The notes beneath the pieces were generated by a model that was not told the DNA's origin, made no database searches, and saw only the letters and a list, made by a program, of their open reading frames with translations. A DNA stretch of 59,181 nt, the filler included, from Nemertoderma westbladi (taxonomy: Eukaryota > Animalia > Xenacoelomorpha), in NCBI GenBank assembly GCA_032718475.1. It is 2 parts of 2 records of this genome, joined end to end, with 100 filler letters (N's around TTAATTAATTAA, not from the genome) between each part and the next. Parts side by side here need not be neighbours in the genome. Positions count along the whole stretch, not along the records: positions 1 to 31,313 come from JAUCBJ010004008.1; positions 31,414 to 59,181 come from JAUCBJ010002341.1. The stretch is one strand, 5' to 3'. Positions within the stretch are counted from its first letter, which is position 1. Every line of letters begins with the position of its first letter. Of the stretch, positions 23,671 to 34,995 are shown piece by piece. Both the position numbers and the translations under genes were made by a program.

Positions 23671-24986
23671 TAATATGAAACGAACTATAAAGTCTAGGTG
23701 TAAAGTCTAAACTATATAAAGCCCTTGGTGTAGCGGTATAATCGAATAGTGGAATAATTGAAAATCAGAGGTTTATAAATTTTACTGACTGACAGACATC
23801 TATGTTTCCTCTGTCATCCGCTACAGTAGGAGGAATGACTAATCCCATTAATTTAACTGCTGTGCAAAGCCTCACAAACACACGGAAGGAATCCCTAAAT
23901 TTGTGTTACGTTATCGTTTATTGTTAGTCTTATAGAGGTATTGTAATAGAAATTAAATTCGTCCAAATGGCCAATTTTGACTGATAATACGCCATGTTGG
24001 GACTAATAAGTTTATATCTTGGTTAAGAATAAGGGCTATTTTACTATATTTCAGTAAAATTTATTCCAGTAAAAGTTTGTCTATGTAGATTATAAAAATG
24101 GATACAAAAAATAAAAAATGAGTCAATAACATAGGCAACACTTTTCAGATTTGTAGAACAATTTTGAGGGGGGGGGGGGGGGGGGGGGTGGGGGTGGGGG
24201 TGGGGCAGCTACCTGAATAAAGACACTATATTCCACGACATGGAATAGAGTAGAGTTTAATATAGCCAGAATATGGAGTATTTTTAATATGGAATTATAT
24301 TGCGTCCAGCGAATTAAAGAAAAAGTAAAAAAAAATGTTGCTCTAAATTAGTAACCGTCAATTTCATTATTATCATATTATTTTACTTTTTTTCGCTGAG
24401 CACGATAAACTACATCATTGTCATTGTATAAGAATCAGCTGCGCCCCCGCAGGCCTTGCGCCCCCCCTGGAGCGCAGGGATGCTGCGACCCCCCCCCCCC
24501 CCCCACCCCCCCCTCCTCTAAGACGGACAATGCCATCAAAAGTCAGTATTTTTAGTTTCATATTTTAGTTTAGTTTTAGTCAGTAACATTAACCTGCTAA
24601 CCTGGGTAGGCCTACTAAATTACAGTACATATTTTATAGTATTTATGTTATTTTTTTCCGCCGGAAATGGGCCTTTTTATTATTCAGCCCACAGCCCTGA
24701 TAACCTTGATCCGGCCCTGGGGGGGGGGGGGGGGGAGAAGTTTAGTGGGAGTAAATGAGTACCGGTAAAGAGGTGCAGGTGGTGTTTTAGTAACGATTTC
24801 TATAATCGAATAATCGAAAGTTTACTTTAACTTGCCGTCAATTTGCGCCACTATCTCATTCTGAGAGATTAAGCTTCTGAGTGGGGTACGTAGGCTTAAA
24901 ATAATTAATTTCTATCAAAATCAGGGAACTTTATAAGTTTAAATGAGTCGAATGAAGATGCTCAAAAGATATGCTGACGTGAGATA

Positions 24987-25363
24987 ATGTCAGCTGGTGC
25001 TGTAGAATAAAGAAGCGCGGACAGTTAATGTCACCTGGTGCTGTAGAATAAAGAAGCGCGGACAGTTAATGTCACCTGGTGCTGTAGAATAAAGAAGCGC
25101 GGACAGTTAATGTCACCTGGTGCTGTAGAATAAAGAAGCGCGGACAGTTAATGTCACCTGGTGCTGTAGAATAAAGAAGCGCGGACAGTTAATGTCACCT
25201 GGTGCTGTAGAATAAAGAAGCGCGGACAGTTAATGTCACCTGGTGCTGTAGAATAAAGAAGCGCGGACAGTTAATGTCACCTGGTGCTGTAGAATAAAGA
25301 AGCGCGGACAGTTAATGTCACCTGGTGCTGTAGAATAAAGAAGCGCGGACAGTTAATGTCAGC
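24987..25363. repeat. Homogeneous 41-bp minisatellite (GTCACCTGGTGCTGTAGAATAAAGAAGCGCGGACAGTTAAT), ~9 copies, in nAChR intron 1
   Basis: Direct reading, period 41. Confidence 0.95.
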
Positions 25364-25490
25364 TAATAATTAGCACGGCGACGGCATGCGTGATACAGTA
25401 TTCATGCAAATATATTTCGTTATTAATAAATTCGTGTCAGACCGAGGCATGCGTTTTTATACAAGAGTATCCATGGGAAACAGAACTAAC

Positions 25491-25703
25491 CTCCTCTTTC
25501 TCTTCAATGTCGACAATTTGTGTTAAGGTTATATCAAATGTTACGGGAATTTGATCAGTAGTTGGGCGAATGTCTTTGTTATAGTTCTTGAAATGTCCTC
25601 TATAAACCGCCAAAGCGTAATGGTCATCGTGTTCCGGTCCAGTGTAACCATTAGCAACATCAACCCAAACAAATAATAATGTCACTGCAATTATAACTTC
25701 CAT
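25491..25703 (-). CDS. nAChR-like subunit exon 1 (signal peptide, N-terminus)
   Basis: MEVIIAVTLLFVWVDVANG signal peptide; NYNKDIRP, VTFDITLTQIVDIEEKEE; donor GAG|GTTAGT, phase 0. Confidence 0.88.
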
Positions 25704-25895
25704 CGATGAGATTAATTGGGTTCCGTCTGTGAATATTTCCCGCTACTAAACATTTCCTGAACCTATCTAACTAATAATTAATTTCGTATCCAATATGTTA
25801 TTTGCCTAATAATTTACTTTTCCAATAACAAATTTATTTACTGAGTTATATATCCAATAGATACGGTACTAGTCAAATAAATTAGTTATCCAATG

Positions 25896-28800
25896 AGGTA
25901 CTTATCCAATAAGTTACTTATCCAATAAGTTACTTATCCAATAAGTTACTTATCCAATAAGTTACTTATCCAATAAGTTACTTATCCAGTAAGTTACTTA
26001 TCCAATAAGTTACTTATCCAGTAAGTTACTTATCCAATAAGTTACTTATCCAATAAGTTACTTATCCAATAAGTTACTTATCCAATAAGTTATTTATCCA
26101 ATAAGTTACTTATCCAATAAGTTACTTACCCAATAAGTTACTTATCCAATAAGTTACTTATCCAATAAGTTACTTATCCAATAAGTTATTTATCCAATAA
26201 GTTACTTATCCAATAAGTTACTTATCCAATAAGTTACTCATCCAATAAGTTACTCATCCAATAAGTTACTTATCCAATAAGTTACTTATCCAATAAGTTA
26301 CTTATCCAATAAGTTACTTATCCAATAAGTTACTTATCCAATAAGTTACTTATCCAATAAGTTACTTATCCAATAAGTTATTTATCCAATAAGATACTTA
26401 TCCAATAAGTTACTTATCCAATAAGTTACTTATCCAATAAGTTACTTATCCAATAAGTTACTTATCCAATAAGTTACTTATCCAATAAGTTACTTATCCA
26501 ATAAGTTACTTATCCAATAAGTTACTTATCCAATAAGTTACTTATCCAATAAGTTACTTATCCAATAAGTTACTTATCCAATAAGTTACTTATCCAATAA
26601 GTTACTTATCCAATAAGTTACTTATCCAATAAGTTACTTATCCAATAAGTTACTTATCCAATAAGTTATTTATCCAATAAGATACTTATCCAATAAGTTA
26701 CTTATCCAATAAGTTACTTATCCAATAAGTTACTTATCCAATAAGTTACTTATCCAATAAGTTACTTATCCAATAAGTTACTTATCCAATAAGTTACTTA
26801 TCCAATAAGTTACTTATCCAATAAGTTACTTATCCAATAAGTTACTTATCCAATAAGTTACTTATCCAATAAGTTACTTATCCAATAAGTTACTTATCCA
26901 ATAAGTTACTTATCCAATAAGTTACTTATCCAATAAGTTACTTATCCAATAAGTTACTTATCCAATAAGTTATTTATCCAATAAGATACTTATCCAATAA
27001 GTTACTTATCCAATAAGTTACTTATCCAATAAGTTACTTATCCAATAAGTTACTTATCCAATAAGTTATTTATCCAATAAGTTACTTATCCAATAAGTTA
27101 CTTATCCAATAAGTTACTTATCCAATAAGTTACTTATCCAATAAGTTACTTATCCAATAAGTTACTTATCCAATAAGTTACTTATCCAATAAGTTACTTA
27201 TCCAATAAGTTACTTATCCAATAAGTTACTTATCCAATAAGTTACTTATCCAATAAGTTATTTATCCAATAAGATACTTATCCAATAAGTTACTTATCCA
27301 ATAAGTTACTTATCCAATAAGTTACTTATCCAATAAGTTACTTACTTCCAATAAGTTACTTATCCAATAAGTTACTTATCCAATAAGTTACTTATCCAAT
27401 AAGTTACTTATCCAATAAGTTACTTATCCAATAAGTTACTTATCCAATAAGTTACTTATCCAATAAGTTACTTATCCAATAAGTTACTTATCCAATAAGT
27501 TACTTATCCAATAAGTTACTTATCCAATAAGTTACTTATCCAATAAGTTACTTATCCAATAAGTTACTTATCCAATAAGTTACTTATCCAATAAGTTACT
27601 TATCCAATAAGTTACTTATCCAATAAGTTACTTATCCAATAAGTTACTTATCCAATAAGTTACTTATCCAATAAGTTACTTATCCAATAAGTTACTTATC
27701 CAATAAGTTACTTATCCAATAAGTTACTTATCCAATAAGTTACTTATCCAATAAGTTACTTATCCAATAAGTTACTTATCCAATAAGTTACTTATCCAAT
27801 AAGTTACTTATCCAATAAGTTACTTATCCAATAAGTTACTTATCCAATAAGTTACTTATCCAATAAGTTACTTATCCAATAAGTTACTTATCCAATAAGT
27901 TACTTATCCAATAAGTTACTTATCCAATAAGTTACTTATCCAATAAGTTACTTATCCAATAAGTTACTTATCCAATAAGTTACTTATCCAATAAGTTACT
28001 TATCCAATAAGTTACTTATCCAATAAGTTACTTATCCAATAAGTTACTTATCCAATAAGTTACTTATCCAATAAGTTACTTATCCAATAAGTTACTTATC
28101 CAATAAGTTACTTATCCAATAAGTTACTTATCCAATAAGTTACTTATCCAATAAGTTACTTATCCAATAAGTTACTTATCCAATAAGTTACTTATCCAAT
28201 AAGTTACTTATCCAATAAGTTACTTATCCAATAAGTTACTTATCCAATAAGTTACTTATCCAATAAGTTACTTATCCAATAAGTTACTTATCCAATAAGT
28301 TACTTATCCAATAAGTTACTTATCCAATAAGTTACTTATCCAATAAGTTACTTATCCAATAAGTTACTTATCCAATAAGTTACTTATCCAATAAGTTACT
28401 TATCCAATAAGTTACTTATCCAATAAGTTACTTATCCAATAAGTTACTTATCCAATAAGTTACTTATCCAATAAGTTACTTATCCAATAAGTTACTTATC
28501 CAATAAGTTACTTATCCAATAAGTTACTTATCCAATAAGTTACTTATCCAATAAGTTACTTATCCAATAAGTTACTTATCCAATAAGTTACTTATCCAAT
28601 AAGTTACTTATCCAATAAGTTACTTATCCAATAAGTTACTTATCCAATAAGTTACTTATCCAATAAGTTACTTATCCAATAAGTTACTTATCCAATAAGT
28701 TACTTATCCAATAAGTTACTTATCCAATAAGTTACTTATCCAATAAGTTACTTATCCAATAAGTTACTTATCCAATAAGTTACTTATCCAATAAGTTACT

Positions 28801-30513
28801 TATCCAATAAGTTACTTATCCAATAAGTTACTTATCCAATAAGTTACTTATCCAATAAGTTACTTATCCAATAAGTTACTTATCCAATAAGTTACTTATC
28901 CAATAAGTTACTTATCCAATAAGTTACTTATCCAATAAGTTACTTATCCAATAAGTTACTTAGCTTATCCAATAAGTTACTTATCCAATAAGTTACTTAT
29001 CCAATAAGTTACTTATCCAATAAGTTACTTATCCAATAAGTTACTTATCCAATAAGTTACTTATCCAATAAGTTACTTATCCAATAAGTTACTTATCCAA
29101 TAAGTTACTTATCCAATAAGTTACTTATCCAATAAGTTACTTATCCAATAAGTTACTTATCCAATAAGATACTTATCCAATAAGTTACTTATCCAATAAA
29201 TTACTTATCCAATAAGTTACTTATCCAATAAGTTACTTATCCAATAAGTTACTTATCCAATAAGTTACTTATCCAATAAGTTACTTATCCAATAAGTTAC
29301 TTACTTATCCAATAAGTTACTTACTTATCCAATAAGTTACTTACTTATCCAGTAAGTTACTTATCCAATAAGTTACTTATCCAATAAGTTACTTATCCAA
29401 TAAGTTACTTATCCAATAAGTTACTTATCCAATAAGTTACTTATCCAATAAGTTACTTATCCAATAAGTTACTTATCCAATAAGTTACTTATCCAATAAG
29501 TTACTTATCCAATAAGATACTTATCCAATAAGTTACTTATCCAATAAGTTACTTATCCAATAAGTTACTTATCCAATAAGTTACTTATCCAATAAGTTAC
29601 TTATCCAATAAGTTACTTATCCAATAAGTTACTTATCCAATAAGTTACTTACTTATCCAATAAGTTACTTACTTATCCAATAAGTTACTTATCCAATAAG
29701 TTACTTATCCAATAAGTTACTTATCCAATAAGTTACTTATCCAATAAGTTACTTATCCAATAAGTTACTTATCCAATAAGTTACTTATCCAATAAGTTAC
29801 TTATCCAATAAGTTACTTACTTATCCAATAAGCTTACTTATCCAATAAGTTACTTATCCAATAAGTTACTTATCCAATAAGTTACTTATCCAATAAGTTA
29901 CTTATCCAATAAGTTACTTATCCAATAAGTTACTTATCCAATAAGTTACTTATCCAATAAGTTACTTATCCAATAAGTTACTTATCCAATAAGTTACTTA
30001 TCCAATAAGTTACTTATCCAATAAGTTACTTATCCAATAAGTTACTTACTTATCCAATAAGTTACTTATCCAATAAGTTACTTATCCAATAAGTTACTTA
30101 TCCAATAAGTTACTTATCCAATAAGTTACTTATCCAATAAGTTACTTATCCAATAAGTTACTTATCCAATAAGTTACTTATCCAATAAGTTACTTACTTA
30201 TCCAATAAGTTACTTATCCAATAAGTTACTTATCCAATAAGTTACTTATCCAATAAGTTACTTATCCAATAAGTTACTTATCCAATAAGTTACTTATCCA
30301 ATAAGTTACTTATCCAATAAGTTACTTCTATCCAATAAGTTACTTATCCAATAAGTTACTTATCCAATAAGTTACTTATCCAATAAGTTACTTATCCAAT
30401 AAGTTACTTATCCAATAAGTTACTTATCCAATAAGTTACTTATCCAATAAGTTACTTATCCAATAAGTTACTTATCCAATAAGTTACTTATCCAATAAGT
30501 TACTTATCCAATC
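25896..30513. repeat. 4.6-kb satellite of 16-bp unit TATCCAATAAGTTACT (~290 copies)
   Basis: Direct reading; degenerate monomers from ~25785. Confidence 0.97.
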
Positions 30514-31413
30514 AGCAAAAACCGCCACGCCTAGCTAGCAGTATTATTTTTACTGCAATCACCAATGCAGCAATGATTTTTACTAAAAAAAACTTTAAAA
30601 AAACATATTAAAAATTTTATAAATTTATAAATTAAAAGCAAAAAAGCAATCAACACTCATTTTATAAGTCCCAAACCAGCAAACAGATGAACTGGTACTT
30701 GTAAAGCTTCCAAGAGTTAATATAAGGCGATATTGCTTCTGGTCTGACAGGCTAATAATAACCGGCCAGTACAATATCCTAATTCCTCACAGTTGGTAGG
30801 CTGAGATATTGGGATACCCAATATAGTCTCAAACTCCATTACCCACCATACCTTTTATATTAAACCCGCCAACCCACCACTACTAGAGACAGAAAGGCTT
30901 ACAACTACACAGACATGGAATGGGGTATTAAAGCACCAGGTAGCTTCACTGGTGTACCATAGCTAAATATATGTAATGTTGTTTATAATAATTTGAGGTA
31001 ATGTGAACTGACAGGGTCGATATTGCTTGTGGAGCTTGTCAAAATGATACCTCGGGTAATTAGGTTTAGGTAGAGTGAGTTATAGCGAAGAGTACTAAAT
31101 TTTTATTTTATTATTTAATAAAATATTGAGAAATTAAATCGCCTTTCTAGTCTAGACTAAAACATAAATATATTTGCTTCATTGTGAGTAAATCTATAGC
31201 ACTTTAACGGGATTATTACAATCGCAGTCGTTTTATAATCCGAGCGAGTAGAATTAGTAGAGCGTAAGCGAAACGTTTTAGTGATTATTGTAAAATAAAA
31301 TGTAAAGTGATTTNNNNNNNNNNNNNNNNNNNNNNNNNNNNNNNNNNNNNNNNNNNNTTAATTAATTAANNNNNNNNNNNNNNNNNNNNNNNNNNNNNNN
31401 NNNNNNNNNNNNN

Positions 31414-32383
31414 AAATATTACTATTCGGGTGAACCTTTTGGAGTTCGTGAGAATAAAATGAGCCCTTTATTATAGCTCCGGTGCTGTCCTTAATATCGA
31501 ACATTACCGCTGGTACTCTATCCAACCTAACCCGATGAATAATAAATAATTCACGTGTCCATTGTTCTCGATAGCCTTTAGCAAAAGCAGTACGAACAAT
31601 AGATAATCGTACTGTATCTCCAACTTTAAATTTTATTTTCTTGTGATTTATCTGTCTATATTTCCCATATAATCTATTCATTAATTCAGTTTCATTAAAT
31701 TTATTAACTTCAATGGGAGTCATTTTTATTGTCCTATGATACGACCTATTATAAGCCGAGATAAGCTTAGGTAAAATTTTTATCCAAATATTATTTCCCC
31801 TCTGGGTGAAAATTTTGAACATCTTTGTTTTTAATGTGCGATTGAATCTCTCAACAATAGCCGCCTTATTCACAGAGTACATTACGTAATACTGTATACC
31901 TAACGTATCTAAATATTTCCTTACAGATTTATTTAGAAACTCAGACCCTTGATCAGTGGCGATTCTGTTTGGTTTTCCTTTCTGGAATATTTTTTGCAAT
32001 ATACTAATAATTTCATCACCCTTTTTTGTTTTCATAGCATAGCCAAAAGCAAGCCGACTGAAGGCATCAATGCATGTTAATATATAGTTATAATTATTAT
32101 TTTGTGACTTATATTGCTGCATATCCACCAGATCTATCATATATATATCTTTTATGCCTCCCGTAAATATTTTAGATGTTGGATAATGTTGTCTACGTGG
32201 AGCGTGAAGGGTGTATGTCTTTTGTCCGCTCAACCATTTCTGGGCTTGCGTCGGTTTGATGTTTGCAGCTTTTGCTAATTTTGCAACACTTGCAAATCCT
32301 GCGGGGGATGAAGGATCTAAATAAATTCTTAACAGTTTTTTGTCTAAGCTTCGGCTTAAAATCGGTTTCATCTTGCGAGGCAT
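31414..32383 (-). CDS. Polinton-type retroviral-like (rve) DDE integrase, C-terminus lost in N gap
   Basis: IYLDPSSPAGF..WLSGQKTYTLH; YMIDLVDM (D), IATDQGSEF (D), VERFNRTLK (E); AYNRSYHRTIKMTP; KFKVGDTVR; KGYREQWTRELF; GSFYSHELQ. Confidence 0.92.
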
Positions 32384-32434
32384 CTTTTCGACAACCACAA
32401 GTAATATGTATATTCAAATCTCTTATAAAGGGCA

Positions 32435-32605
32435 TCACCGTAAGAACAATTGAAATTTTTTAATTATTTTCTTCGAAGTTGATGTTTTAAAGGGTTTTCT
32501 TTTTGTAGTATTTACTCTAGGTATATCTTGTGGTTTTAAATCAGTAGCTAACGGTTTACTCGATACTAAATATAATTTTCTAAATGTTACTCCCGTTTTA
32601 ACCAT
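32435..32605 (-). CDS. Putative 56-aa basic Polinton ORF (MVKTGVTFRKLYLVSSK...), below ORF-track cut-off
   Basis: Fills the gap between the GG-motif gene and the integrase on the same strand; ATG preceded by TAATA; the RKLYLV start resembles the KKM.LVP start of the protein at this position in Mavericks. Confidence 0.45.
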   Translation of the reverse strand: MVKTGVTFRKLYLVSSKPLATDLKPQDIPRVNTTKRKPFKTSTSKKIIKKFQLFLR

Positions 32606-32611
32606 TATTAC

Positions 32612-32995
32612 CTACCGTCCACGGTTAATTTTTTTCGCAATAGCCGCCCCAGCGGCAGCGGCCCCGGCACTCGCGGCTAGTTTCGCACCAATGCCGAGTA
32701 AGGGTATTAGAAACGGTAGTATGCCTCCAGATTGATTGCTTAACTTTTTTCTGTAACTTGATATATTTTTTGTCTTACGGTTGAGTGATTTCAATACCTT
32801 CTTATAGCGGCGAATATTTCTAAATGAATGAGGGGTCAATTGTACATTACCTTTTAGAACATTTAATGCAGTATTTACAATGAGCCGTATTAATTCGTTA
32901 CTGGCGGTATGGTTAATAAAATAAGTTCTTTGTTGAGGGGTAGCGCTGCGTAGAAATTCCAGTTCGTTACGATATTTCTGCACAAGTCTATTCAT
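32612..32995 (-). CDS. Polinton/adintovirus small basic core protein with GG cleavage motif and amphipathic C-terminal peptide
   Basis: ALNVLKGNVQLT..IRRYKKVLKSL..QSGGILPFLIPLLG matches the conserved Maverick protein found downstream of the ATPase. Confidence 0.8.
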   Translation of the reverse strand: MNRLVQKYRNELEFLRSATPQQRTYFINHTASNELIRLIVNTALNVLKGNVQLTPHSFRNIRRYKKVLKSLNRKTKNISSYRKKLSNQSGGILPFLIPLLGIGAKLAASAGAAAAGAAIAKKINRGR

Positions 32996-33032
32996 TGTTG
33001 CAACATTATTGAAAATTGTTACAAAATATTAA

Positions 33033-33710
33033 TTATTTATCATTATTATTATTATTTTCGCTACGTTTATAGTCAGTGTAATTTTTAATGTAACAATTAT
33101 GATTACGAAATATATCAGATCTAAATCTTAAATGTTCGGGTGTTTCCTGTCGTAAATCAATTAAGAAATGTGAAAATGGCTCAATTGTCGCATCTTGATA
33201 GGAATCAACTAAAAATTTAGTCTGCCCTGGTAACATCTGCTTCGCGAAATTTAAAACCGATAGACTGTCTCTCGGATTTTTCATTAATACTAAAGTATGG
33301 CTATTAATTGATCTTGTGCGGTTATGCTTCCCACCGTAAAACATGTTTTGCGTTATAAAACAAATAAATATATTGGAATGATGAGCTACCTTAGTAAACA
33401 ATACAGTTAATGCTGTACTGGACTCAGTTTCTGTTAACAAATCATCTATAATTAATAAATCTCGACTATTGACTAATCTATCTATATTTTCAGGCAAACC
33501 TTTGTAAAGGTGAGTAATACCAGGAATAGTCGGGGGATTGCTCCCGTAACAATACAATACTCGCAAAGGGGCTTCGTTGAAGCAGCCATTCTTGTGTTTA
33601 ATTAAATTCCCCACAAAGGTTGACTTTCCGGAGCCAGATGGCCCTGAAATTATCATACTCGTTCCCATTTGAAAGTTTAAATTATATGGGCCTGAATTAA
33701 AGTCAGCCAT
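33033..33710 (-). CDS. FtsK/HerA-superfamily (A32-like) DNA packaging ATPase
   Basis: Walker A ISGPSGSGKST, Walker B LLIIDDLL, LFTKVAHHSN, FITQN, LMKNPRD, YQDATIEPFSHFLIDL. Confidence 0.9.
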   Translation of the reverse strand: MADFNSGPYNLNFQMGTSMIISGPSGSGKSTFVGNLIKHKNGCFNEAPLRVLYCYGSNPPTIPGITHLYKGLPENIDRLVNSRDLLIIDDLLTETESSTALTVLFTKVAHHSNIFICFITQNMFYGGKHNRTRSINSHTLVLMKNPRDSLSVLNFAKQMLPGQTKFLVDSYQDATIEPFSHFLIDLRQETPEHLRFRSDIFRNHNCYIKNYTDYKRSENNNNNDK

Positions 33711-33923
33711 TTATTATTATTATTAAGATATATCAACAATACAATATAATATAATATCAATATCAATAAACCAACACCATTACTATGTATATAACAATAA
33801 TTGATGCAACTACAATAATATTAGAGTACTGTATATTTAATTAACATATGCCACAACTACAGTATGTGACGCTCGCCGCAGCAAAAGGTGCTATTTCCAA
33901 TTATAGTATAGACCGATGTAATT

Positions 33924-34376
33924 TCAAGCATGGTGAGCATCTTTATACACGAAATAATGATAGGTAACATCAGCGGTTTGGAAATCACTTCCCGAGAATT
34001 TCGCGCTTATGATTTTTTTATGTTCGCTGCTAAAAAAATAAGGAATATAGTAGCAACAGCGTCGTACTACGTTTCTATAAAAAATATTCTCCAATATTGT
34101 AAATAAATCTCCGGGATCATTACTTTTCGCAGAAATATAAGTTATATTGCGAAGCTCTTTCCAATAAAAGGGTTGGTATCTTGCCAACTTTATATTAAAC
34201 TTAGATATGGGAGCGCGACAAATAGGACAAATTTTAGAACAATAATTATTCATTTCGGAATATTGTACAATACATTGTACGCAAGTTGCATGTTTATTTT
34301 CACATTTATAATAATCTCGATGTTTTTGCAATAACTTAGAATAGCAAACTGGACATTTTTCATTTAAAATATCCAT
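33924..34376 (-). CDS. C3HC4 RING-finger protein (viral accessory, putative E3 ligase)
   Basis: CPVC..CENKHATCVQC..CPICRAPI. Confidence 0.78.
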   Translation of the reverse strand: MDILNEKCPVCYSKLLQKHRDYYKCENKHATCVQCIVQYSEMNNYCSKICPICRAPISKFNIKLARYQPFYWKELRNITYISAKSNDPGDLFTILENIFYRNVVRRCCYYIPYFFSSEHKKIISAKFSGSDFQTADVTYHYFVYKDAHHA

Positions 34377-34566
34377 TTTCCAAATTTTAAAGTAAATTGA
34401 AAATAATTACCGTAATACACAACAACAACAACAACAACAAACAAAACTGTTATACTGTATATACAAATACTACTACAATTTTCGATTATTTAAAAACAAC
34501 AAAATTTTATATATAATCATAAAATATTTATAATATAGAGGGAATAGTCAAGAATCAATGATATTA

Positions 34567-34995
34567 TCATAAATATTCAACATTATCCACTGATTCTTCA
34601 GGTTCGATAAAGGATTCTTTTGAAATCATTACAATAAAGAAAGACATAATTTCGTAGGGGCTATGTCGATTTAGCCGTATTTCAAACTTTTCACCAGCTT
34701 CGTTGTATTGTGTAATAAAAATAAATCCTTCTATCATGGCTAATAGTAAGATGCTGGTTAATTTTCCTCCCTCATGCTCAGGTTTCAGGTTGTAATCTAA
34801 AAGATGAATACTATTATCTGAAGCATCAATATCGATTGAGCTTAAAACTTTCCTGGCTTTTTCAGAAAACTCAATTTTATATTTATCATCTCCCTGACGG
34901 TAAATTGTATAATCAATAACAATATAGGCATGACCATCTTCTGCAAAAAATGAATGCCTTACTATTGGCATAACCATATCGGAATCAGAAGACAT
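34567..34995 (-). CDS. Polinton-borne acidic orphan ORF, 142 aa
   Basis: ATG preceded by AT-rich AAATA, TATA-like TTATATATAA ~95 bp upstream, co-oriented with neighbouring viral ORFs; no family recognised. Confidence 0.6.
   Translation of the reverse strand: MSSDSDMVMPIVRHSFFAEDGHAYIVIDYTIYRQGDDKYKIEFSEKARKVLSSIDIDASDNSIHLLDYNLKPEHEGGKLTSILLLAMIEGFIFITQYNEAGEKFEIRLNRHSPYEIMSFFIVMISKESFIEPEESVDNVEYL

Noticed and set aside
24987-25363. CRISPR-like appearance of regular repeats (also 35983-36460)
   Set aside because: Head-to-tail units with no unique spacers, eukaryotic context, no cas genes.
32193-32438. 81-aa Cys-containing ORF overlapping the integrase start
   Set aside because: Mostly an alternative frame of the integrase with no recognisable motif, although a TGATG overlap with the 56-aa ORF was noted.
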